From positions 1,760,001-1,824,000 of the forward strand of contig OZ251997.1 in the NCBI GenBank assembly GCA_965247095.1: DNA of 64,000 nt, in the 5' to 3' direction. The position numbers and the translations under genes are program-made. The stretch comes from Candidatus Multivorans sp. (lineage in GTDB: Bacteria > Acidobacteriota > Thermoanaerobaculia > Multivoradales > Multivoraceae). The notes under the pieces are model-generated. The model searched no databases and was not told the DNA's origin. It worked only from the letters and a program-made list of their open reading frames with translations. This document shows, one piece after another, positions 53,294 through 61,085 of the stretch (position 1 is its first letter; each line of letters starts with the position of its first letter).

Positions 53294-54409
53294 ATGCCCG
53301 CCGTCCACTACCAGCCTGGGAGCTTCCCTCCCGACGACCGACTCGACTGGGCCGACCTCGTGCCCGCGATCGGCCCGGCAACGGCCGCCGTCGCTCGCTA
53401 CGACGGCCTGCTTGAAGCCGTACCGAACCCGGACGTCCTGCTGGCGCCGCTCGGCGCCCAGGAAGCCGTGCTTTCCTCCCGCATCGAGGGCACGCAGGCG
53501 ACGACGCGAGAAGTCCTCGAGTACCAGGCAGGCCAGGAGGCGCCGTCCCCGGAACGCCGCGACGACTTCGTCGAGGTGATGAACTACCGTGGCGCCATGC
53601 GCGAGGCGCAGGCCCTGTTGAAAGACCTGCCCATCTGCCTGAAGGTCGTCCGTCGGGCGCACCGAATCCTCCTCCACGGCGCCCGGGGCCGGGGCCGGGC
53701 CCCGGGCGAGTTTCGCCGCATCCCGAACTGGATCGGCCCGCCCGGCTGCACGATCGACGAGGCCAGCTACGTCCCCATCGACACCGACAAGCTGGCCGAC
53801 GGATTGAACCGATGGGAGAGATACCTGCACGAAGAGACCCGAGACCCGCTGGTGCAACTCGCGGCAATACACGCAGAGTTCGAGGCCCTCCACCCGTTTC
53901 TAGACGGCAACGGACGCCTGGGGCGCATGCTCGTGCCCCTCTACCTCTCGGAGAAGGGTCTCATCAAGCGGCCCATGTTCTACATCAGCGCCTTCCTCGA
54001 AACGAACCGCGACGCCTACTACGAACGGCTTCTCGCCGTGTCGCGCGACGACGACTGGACCGGCTGGTGCCGGTTCTTCCTGGAGGCAGTGCGCGCGCAG
54101 GCCGAAGACAACATCGCCAAGGCAAGGCAAATTCTGAGTCTCTACGACCGGATGAAACGCCACGTCGCCGATCTCACGCACTCCCAGTACGCCATCGCGG
54201 CACTGGACTTCATCTTCGAACTCCCAGTGTTCCGCAGCACGAACTTCATCGCTCAGGACAATGTTCCTGCACCCGCGGCCCGACGCATCCTGAACGTCCT
54301 CCGGGACGATGGCGTGCTGCAGACGCTGCGGCCGGCGAGGGGCCGTCGCGCCGCCATCTTCGTGTTCGACGAGCTCCTCGACATCGCCGAAGGGAGCGCG
54401 ACCGAGTGA
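53294..54409 (+). CDS. Fic-family protein (class II) with probable C-terminal HTH
   Basis: HPFLDGNGRLGR catalytic motif; N-terminal inhibitory SSRIEG. Confidence 0.93.
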   Translation: MPAVHYQPGSFPPDDRLDWADLVPAIGPATAAVARYDGLLEAVPNPDVLLAPLGAQEAVLSSRIEGTQATTREVLEYQAGQEAPSPERRDDFVEVMNYRGAMREAQALLKDLPICLKVVRRAHRILLHGARGRGRAPGEFRRIPNWIGPPGCTIDEASYVPIDTDKLADGLNRWERYLHEETRDPLVQLAAIHAEFEALHPFLDGNGRLGRMLVPLYLSEKGLIKRPMFYISAFLETNRDAYYERLLAVSRDDDWTGWCRFFLEAVRAQAEDNIAKARQILSLYDRMKRHVADLTHSQYAIAALDFIFELPVFRSTNFIAQDNVPAPAARRILNVLRDDGVLQTLRPARGRRAAIFVFDELLDIAEGSATE

Positions 54410-54422
54410 CGACGCCCGCCGT

Positions 54423-54517
54423 TTGTGTTGCACAAATGTTCGGCAAACTCGCTTGTGCAACACTTCGGCACCAAGAGTGCGACACAAACTGGTTTGTCGC
54501 GCACAAGTGCAAGACAA
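54423..54517. repeat. 95-bp quasi-palindromic element, right copy
   Basis: About 69/95 identity direct and about 65/95 inverted to the left copy (hand count). Confidence 0.85.
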
Positions 54518-54589
54518 TGAGCCGCAACCGGCGGGCCCTGGCCGGCGTCGTCCGTCGCAACGCGCCACCGTGACGCCGCCCCGCCGCTC

Positions 54590-55487
54590 ATGAGACTCTC
54601 CTGGAACGAGATCCGCCCCCGAGCCGCCGCGTTCGCCCGCGACTGGGCCGACGCCGGCTACGAGAAGGGCGAAACGCAGAGCTTCTACAACGACTTCTTC
54701 ACTAGATGCGGAACCAGCGGCCGAGAAATACATGCGGCCCTACGTTGGATCGCGTGAGCACATCCAGCGCCGGCAACGTTGGATTCTGGCCCTTCAGGAA
54801 GCCGAGCCAAACGACCTGGCGGCCATGCAATCGGTCATAAGGCGAATGAGAGCGGTCAAGGCGTTTCGATCCAGGAGCACGAGGAAGAGCACACTCGCAA
54901 TCGCCGACTCTCCGCGCCGCTACAACGTCGAGGTTCTGCCCACGGGGCCCTTCCTGGTCGTGCCCGAAGTCAGTTCGGAAAGGCGCGACTACGTCCCAAT
55001 CTGTTGGCTGGAACCACCCACCATTCCAAGCAACCTGGTCCGCATCGTCGAAAGCGCGACCAAGCCCCTCTTCGCCCTCCTGACCTCCGCCATACACATG
55101 GCTTGGCTCCGGCAGGTCGGCGGCCGCCTCAAGAGCGACTACCGCTACTCGATCGGCCTCGTCTACAACACGTTCCCGCCGCCGGCCGAACCGCAAGCGC
55201 TCGAACGCCTGACTCCGCTGGCCGACGCGGTCCTCGAAGCCCGCGCCAACCATCCCGGCGCCACGCTCGCCGAACTCTACGATCCCGATCTGATGCCCAC
55301 CGACCTCCATCGCGCCCACCGAACGATCGACCGCGCGGTCGACCGTCTCTACCGCCCCCGCCGCTTCGAGACCGAGAGTGACCGCCTTGAGCACCTGCTC
55401 GCCGCCTACGAACGCCTTCAGGCGCCACTGGCCGCACATGCCGCCGACAGGCGGAGGCGCCGGCGGAGACCACGGCCGCCACGCTGA
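54590..55487 (+). pseudogene. MmeI/YeeA-like Type IIL restriction-modification gene with large internal deletion
   Basis: MRLSWNEIR..YEKGETQSFYNDFF joined out of frame (about 54700) to C-terminal PEVSSERRDYVP..GGRLKSDYRYS..VYNTFP..LAELYDP; methyltransferase core absent. Confidence 0.85.
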
Positions 55488-55519
55488 GGATGAGACAACC
55501 GCCGAGCCTTGCTCAGCGA

Positions 55520-55729
55520 GTCGGCGGCTCCTGGTAACACGCGTTCGTAGCCAGCCATAATCTCTGGCGGTGGCACTGGGCCACTATGCTGAGTCCAGAC
55601 AACCAGCGTCTGGCCATCTGAATCCGACCCCTGGCGAGAATTCTGTTGCTCAAGGGACCCGACATCGCCCGACGGGGAACGGCTCAGCACGCCGGCCTTC
55701 TTGGGCCCGCGACGCTTGGAACGACTCAC
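55520..55729 (-). pseudogene. DUF2335-like membrane protein, truncated
   Basis: GTGA overlap with upstream stop; HSGPVPPPEIMAGYERVLPGAAD motif, then no TM helices. Confidence 0.55.
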
Positions 55730-56358
55730 GATCCTTCGACTGTCGGCCTGGTCCGGTCCATGGCATCCCGAATGTAGCCTCCGACTTCGGCCCAGACTCG
55801 GCCCAGCGCATTGGCGCCGTTCTCTCGACTGCTTGGATTGACGCGGCTTGGCACCGGCCAATCGAACGCGCGGGCCATACCGCGCAGGAAGGGATGGGTC
55901 GTAGCCTCTTCGCGGGTTGGCGTGAAGGACGCAGGCAAGGCGGCACGCCCAGCCATGTCAGGCGCATACTCGTAGATGGCTTCCAGCAGCTCCCGCAAAT
56001 CGAGGGATAGCACCCAATTGGAAGCCCTCGCCAAGTAGTCCCGAACGTACGTCGGCATGTTGGCGACGTTTCGCTTTCCCCGCTCAAAGCCCTCGTCAGT
56101 GAGACCGTAGATTCGATACGGCAAGCGCGCGTCAACCACGGCAAGACCGGCCCGCGCCAGATCCTCGAGCTCGACGTACACCGCCCTGTCGAAAGGCCCG
56201 TACTCGTCCGGCTGAAAGTCGAAGTACGGAGAATGCCACTTCCCATCGAGCTCCCGGTCGAGCAGGAAGAAGTACTTCTGCAGGCGCACCGGGTCGAAGC
56301 GTGCGTCCGCTCCCGCGGCGGCCATTGCGGCCAAGACGAAGGTCGGTCGGTCCGTCAC
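55726..56358 (-). CDS. Panacea/SocA(DUF4065)/YwgA-like winged-helix protein, possible antitoxin
   Basis: RLQKYFFLL, FQPDEYGPF, YGLTDEG, LLEAIYEYAP; start uncertain. Confidence 0.6.
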   Translation of the reverse strand: MTDRPTFVLAAMAAAGADARFDPVRLQKYFFLLDRELDGKWHSPYFDFQPDEYGPFDRAVYVELEDLARAGLAVVDARLPYRIYGLTDEGFERGKRNVANMPTYVRDYLARASNWVLSLDLRELLEAIYEYAPDMAGRAALPASFTPTREEATTHPFLRGMARAFDWPVPSRVNPSSRENGANALGRVWAEVGGYIRDAMDRTRPTVEGS

Positions 56359-56521
56359 AGCGCGAATAGTGACACGCGAAGCGCCGTATGTCACACGCGA
56401 CCCCGCCCCTCACCCTGCCCGTGCCGGTCACTGCCGCTTCGGGTGCGACGGTATTCTCTCAACTCTGGCTATACGGCCGGTAGGCCGGCGGGCGGCAGCG
56501 CCAAGACCTCGGCCCTGCCGC

Positions 56522-57607
56522 CTACTCGCGGCCCGACCCGGACCCCGTGCTGGCCCCCTGCGCCTTCTTCTCGTAGTACTCCTTCTCGAGCAGCCGGGCG
56601 CCGCGGAGGATGTTGCCCATCGCGTAGTTGCCCTCGTGGCAGGCGTACTCGTAGAGGAGGTCATCCGTCCCCGGCCAAATGAGCTCACCGCTGTAGGGCG
56701 CCGCGTAGTCCGTGTCGTGGACGGTGAACGCGTAGAGCAGATCCTTCGCGCCGTGGCGGCTGAAGCGCTCGGTCACCTTCAGGCCGTCGCGCGGATCGCT
56801 CTGGCTGTCCAGGAAGTTCGTCGTCTCGACGACCAGGGTGTCGCCTTCCCACCAGCCGATCGAGTCGCCGCCCAGGGAGCGGTACTCGGCCGGCGCGTGC
56901 TCCGCGTTTATTCGAACGACCTTGGCCCAGTGCATCCACTCGACCAGGATCACGACGTGGTTCTCGGTCTGGGTGATCGTCTTCAGGTTGTTGTAGGGCA
57001 GGGAGCGAACCGGCGTGGTGGCGACGCTCGTGTAGATGCAGCGGTCTCCGGGCGTCAGCGACTCGGGGCCGTTGTAGGGGTCGTCGTCTGCCTCGATCCA
57101 CCAGGCGTCGCCGGTGTTGCGGTACATGTAGGGGTTGACCGTGGCCCTGCGCGCCTTGCCGGCCTCGGTCAGCTCGGGCATGCGGCCGTTCGGCGGATCG
57201 GTCAGGACCGAGGTGCGGTACTGGCCGTCGATCGGGTAGGTCCGGTCGCCGAAGTCGAGCCAGAAGAAGTTGTAGCCGCCGACCGCGCCGGCCGCGCCCG
57301 CGGAGCCGTCGCCACCCGGCGGCGGCGCCTCACGGCCGGGATCGCTTACCGCGTCGGCGCCTGCCCGCGCCGCCGCCATCCCCTTGCCGATCTGTTCCGC
57401 CTCCTCGACGGTCATGTGCAGCTTGTCTCCGAAGCGGGGATCCCGCTCGAAGGGCGTCAGGTTGCCGACGTCGTAGTTGCCGGAGAGGTCCGGACGGCCG
57501 CTTGCCGTACGCGGAATGTCGTCGTCACCGGCGGCGGCCAGGGGCGCCGCCAGAAGCGACGCCAGGACGAGAGCAATGAACGCGGAGTTCGTGCTGCGGA
57601 TGGACAT
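56522..57607 (-). CDS. Conserved secreted hypothetical protein
   Basis: Signal peptide; GRPDLSG, GDSIGWWEGDTLVVETTNF, YEYACHEGN; GGAG RBS. Confidence 0.8.
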   Translation of the reverse strand: MSIRSTNSAFIALVLASLLAAPLAAAGDDDIPRTASGRPDLSGNYDVGNLTPFERDPRFGDKLHMTVEEAEQIGKGMAAARAGADAVSDPGREAPPPGGDGSAGAAGAVGGYNFFWLDFGDRTYPIDGQYRTSVLTDPPNGRMPELTEAGKARRATVNPYMYRNTGDAWWIEADDDPYNGPESLTPGDRCIYTSVATTPVRSLPYNNLKTITQTENHVVILVEWMHWAKVVRINAEHAPAEYRSLGGDSIGWWEGDTLVVETTNFLDSQSDPRDGLKVTERFSRHGAKDLLYAFTVHDTDYAAPYSGELIWPGTDDLLYEYACHEGNYAMGNILRGARLLEKEYYEKKAQGASTGSGSGRE

Positions 57608-57731
57608 GTCAACTCTCCTCGCAGAGGTTCGCGTGTGCCGATTCTGTGGCGCTGGACGGGTACGAGAGTACTGCATCGCCCGTGGCGCCTGCACGTTCCC
57701 GGCCGTCCGGTGTGCGCTCTCCTGAGGCGCT

Positions 57732-59066
57732 TCAGCGCGGCGGCAGCCAACCGCGCGGGGGCCGGAAGTAGACCTTCAGGTTGGCTTCCCGCGGGCGCTC
57801 GGGAGACAGGTTCTCGAACACGCCGTACACGAACGTGCCGTGGTCGTGACGGTGGATCGCGGGATTGCCCCGCCAGCGGGCGTCGCCGATGTCGCACGGC
57901 TGCTCCGGGAGACAACCGCCCCGCGCGCTCAGATCGGCAGCCTCGTACTGGAAACCGACGAACCTCGCATCCCTTGGCAGCAGAATGCCGACGACCTGAC
58001 AGGAGCGCTCCGGATCGAGGACGGGGATCAGCAACTCCTGGACTTCCGCCCGGATCAACGGCGGCAACAGCCGCAACACGTCGTTGCCTTCGGGCGACGC
58101 CAGGGCGCCGGTGTAGGCGCGGAACTCTTCCGGCAACGACCGTTCGACGATCGCCGCCGCCCGCTCCAGACGCCCGGCGAGATCGGCCGCGCACGCCGTC
58201 GTCTCCCCGGTTCGGGCTTCCGCCGGCCAATGGCTCGATACGGACCATTCACCGGGCGCGCATTCGGGGCAGGCGCCCGCGCGTAGCAGGGTGGGGTTCG
58301 CCAGCAGGCGGACCACGACCGGCTCGGGTTCGGGCACGGGTTCAGGCGCGGGCTGCTCCGCTACCGCGACCGGTTCCGGTTCCGGCGCGGGCTGCTCCAC
58401 GACTTCCGCCGGCTCGGGCGCGGGCGTCTCCACTACGGGCGGCGGCTCCTCCGGCTGCGCCACCGCGACGACGGGCTCCGCCGGCGCAGGCTCCTCCACA
58501 GGCGGCGCCGGGGGATCCGCCGGCGGCGCTTCGACCGCCGGGGGCTCGACGACCCGGGCCACGTTCTCACGCTGGAGCCGACGCTCGCGCTGTTCGGCGC
58601 GCCGCTCCGCCCGGCGCTGCGCCCTGTTCATCGACCGGGCAGAGCCGGCGCTCGCCGCCTGTGTGGCCGCGCCGAGGCTCGAGTAGCTCACCTTCATGGG
58701 CGCCCAGAAAGGACCCGTTCGTTGACTCGAGGTGAACCCCACCTGGGGCCGCTTCCCATCCTCCAGCCTCAGGTAGGAGTTCACGATCATGAACCCCTGG
58801 CGCATGAGTTGGACTTCCCATTCACCGGCCGCCAGGCCGGTCACCTCGACTACGCCCGCCTCGTTCGTGAGCAGCGGCGGCGGGCCGCCGGAGCGGTCGG
58901 CCTCCGCGAGCTGCACGATGACCCTGACCTCCGGCACCGGTTGCCCGGCGTCGTCGGCCACCGTGACGCGGAACGCGTGGTCGCCGCTCCAGTCCTGGGC
59001 CGCCGCGACCACCGGCAGGGCCGCAAGCAGCGCCGCCAGGGTCAGCGGGCGCCGGCGCGCTCTCAT
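57732..59066 (-). CDS. Secreted protein, carboxypeptidase-regulatory-like domain plus Pro/Glu linker plus Cys-rich C-domain
   Basis: Signal peptide, VADDAGQPVPEV, EP repeats, CPEC. Confidence 0.7.
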   Translation of the reverse strand: MRARRRPLTLAALLAALPVVAAAQDWSGDHAFRVTVADDAGQPVPEVRVIVQLAEADRSGGPPPLLTNEAGVVEVTGLAAGEWEVQLMRQGFMIVNSYLRLEDGKRPQVGFTSSQRTGPFWAPMKVSYSSLGAATQAASAGSARSMNRAQRRAERRAEQRERRLQRENVARVVEPPAVEAPPADPPAPPVEEPAPAEPVVAVAQPEEPPPVVETPAPEPAEVVEQPAPEPEPVAVAEQPAPEPVPEPEPVVVRLLANPTLLRAGACPECAPGEWSVSSHWPAEARTGETTACAADLAGRLERAAAIVERSLPEEFRAYTGALASPEGNDVLRLLPPLIRAEVQELLIPVLDPERSCQVVGILLPRDARFVGFQYEAADLSARGGCLPEQPCDIGDARWRGNPAIHRHDHGTFVYGVFENLSPERPREANLKVYFRPPRGWLPPR

Positions 59067-59320
59067 CCAAGCGCCCCCGGCGGTGTCACGTTCTTCTCCG
59101 GAGGCTTGTCGGGCGGCGGGCGCCGGTCCCGCCACATACCCGTCATCAGGGTGAGCAGGCCGAACACCGCCTCGTCGACGAAGGGCAGGAGGTCGGGAAC
59201 AAACAGATCGACGAGAAAAATGACCGCCAGCAGGACGAAGAGTTGCGGGAAGCGCAACCCGCCCAGGAAGGAGAGCAGGGACGGGCCACCGCCACGTTGT
59301 GCGGGAGGCTGATCGGGCAT
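59063..59320 (-). CDS. DUF6116-like small membrane protein
   Basis: LRFPQLF..DLFVPDLLPFVDE. Confidence 0.7.
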   Translation of the reverse strand: MPDQPPAQRGGGPSLLSFLGGLRFPQLFVLLAVIFLVDLFVPDLLPFVDEAVFGLLTLMTGMWRDRRPPPDKPPEKNVTPPGALG

Positions 59321-59407
59321 CAGGCAGCATTCTATCGCCGGAGTGGAGCGGCCCGGAAAACCGCAAGCTGGAAACACCGGCCGGACGCCGCGTTAACCTC
59401 CGTGGCG

Positions 59408-60169
59408 GTGACCGAGCAAGCGATCTACTTCGAGCCAGCGATTGTCTACCCCGCCCTCGCGCTCGCCGGCTTCGTTGCCGGGGTCCTGAACGTAGTGGCG
59501 GGCGGCGGTTCCTTCCTGACCCTGCCGATCCTCATCTTCTTCGGATTGCCGCCCGGGGTCGCCAACGGCACCAACCGGGTGGCGATTCTGTTGCAGAACG
59601 CGGTCGCCTCCTGGGGCTTCCACCGCCACGGCGTCCTCGACCCCAAGGCGGTCCTGTGGGCGGCTCTGCCGGCGACGGCGGGCGCCGGTCTCGGCGCCTG
59701 GGCCGCGCTCTCGATCAGCGACGACGCCTTCCGCAGGCTGCTGGCGGCGCTGATGGTCGTGGTGACCTTCTGGACCCTGGTCTCCCGCCGCTCGGAACCG
59801 AAGGAGCAGCCGGCGGCGCTGCGGGTCGGGATGCTGGCGGTCGGGTTCTTCGGCGTCGGCATCTACGGCGGGTTCGTGCAGGCAGGGGTCGGCTTCTTCA
59901 TCCTCGCCGCGACCTCCCTGGCGGGCCTCGACCTGGTGCGCGGCAACGCGGTCAAGGTACTGAGCATTCTGTGCTTCAGCACCCTCTCCCTGGCCCTGTT
60001 CGCGCTCTCGGGAAAGGTCGACTGGACTCTCGGCCTGGCGCTGGCGGTCGGCAACATGGCGGGGGGCTGGCTCGGCGTGCGGCTGACCGTGCTCAAGGGG
60101 CACGTCTGGATCGGCCGGGTGGTCACGGTCACCGTGATCGTGTTCGCGATCCGGCTGTGGTTCGGCTGA
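59408..60169 (+). CDS. TauE/SafE-family exporter
   Basis: AGGGSFLTLP, ANGTNRV, YGGFVQAGVG. Confidence 0.9.
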   Translation: MTEQAIYFEPAIVYPALALAGFVAGVLNVVAGGGSFLTLPILIFFGLPPGVANGTNRVAILLQNAVASWGFHRHGVLDPKAVLWAALPATAGAGLGAWAALSISDDAFRRLLAALMVVVTFWTLVSRRSEPKEQPAALRVGMLAVGFFGVGIYGGFVQAGVGFFILAATSLAGLDLVRGNAVKVLSILCFSTLSLALFALSGKVDWTLGLALAVGNMAGGWLGVRLTVLKGHVWIGRVVTVTVIVFAIRLWFG

Positions 60170-60284
60170 ACGCCTTTCGGCCGGCGCGGCTATGCTCCGC
60201 GCCGCACGTTCAAACAGGAGTCGAGTCGCGGCGTCCGCGCCGCGCTGACGCACAGGAAACAGGGCTTATGCAAGGAGATCAACC

Positions 60285-61055
60285 GTGGCTTACGACGCAT
60301 TCGACCTGAGCGGCACCGTGGCGCTGGTGACCGGCGGCAACTCCGGCATCGGACTCGGCTTCGCCGAGGGTCTGGCGCAGGCGGGCGCCGATGTCTGCAT
60401 CTGGGGAACCAACGAGACGAAGAATGCGGCCGCGAAGGAGCAGTTGGAGCGCCATGGCACGAAGGTCGAGGCCCTGCGCTGCGACGTCGGCGACGCCGAC
60501 GCGGTGGCGGCATCGTTCGAACGCACCGTGGAACTGCTGGGCAAGGTCGATTCCTGTTTCGCCAACGCCGGCATCGGCGGCAGCGGCACGCCCTTCGTCG
60601 ACATGTCGATGGAAGAGTGGCGCCGGATCTTCCAGGTCAACATGGAGGGTGTCTTCCAGACCTTCCAGCAGGCGATCCGCCACATGGTCGAGCGCGGCGA
60701 AGGCGGCGCCCTGGTCGCGACCAGCAGCCTGTCCGCGATCTTCGGCGCACCCCGCAGCGAGCACTACGCGTCGACCAAGGCGGGCCTCAACGCGATGGTC
60801 CGCGGTCTCGCGGTCGAGCACGCCCGCCACGGCATCCGCGTCAACTCGATCCTGCCCGGCTGGATCGACACCGCGATGACCGAGCGGGCTCTCGGCACCG
60901 AGGGTTTCCAGACCAAGGTCCTGCGCCGCGTCCCGCTGCGTCGCTGGGGAACAGGCTCGGACTTCAGCGGCATCGCCGTCTACCTGGCCAGCAACGCCTC
61001 CGGCTACCACACCGGCGACGAGTTCGTGATCGACGGCGGCTACGCCTGCTTCTAG
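60285..61055 (+). CDS. Short-chain dehydrogenase/reductase
   Basis: TGGNSGIG, ANAG, YASTK, PGWIDT; AAGGAG RBS. Confidence 0.93.
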   Translation: MAYDAFDLSGTVALVTGGNSGIGLGFAEGLAQAGADVCIWGTNETKNAAAKEQLERHGTKVEALRCDVGDADAVAASFERTVELLGKVDSCFANAGIGGSGTPFVDMSMEEWRRIFQVNMEGVFQTFQQAIRHMVERGEGGALVATSSLSAIFGAPRSEHYASTKAGLNAMVRGLAVEHARHGIRVNSILPGWIDTAMTERALGTEGFQTKVLRRVPLRRWGTGSDFSGIAVYLASNASGYHTGDEFVIDGGYACF

Positions 61056-61085
61056 GAAGCAGCCGGCACCAGGGCCGCGCGGGCT

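Noticed and set aside
53171-54517. CRISPR array or integron attC interpretation of the repeats
   Set aside because: No repeat-spacer periodicity or cas genes; no clear RYYYAAC…GTTRRRY ends and no integron integrase in the window.
58320-58560. Repeated EP/EPAP units in the secreted protein
   Set aside because: Ordinary low-complexity linker, not a DNA repeat array.
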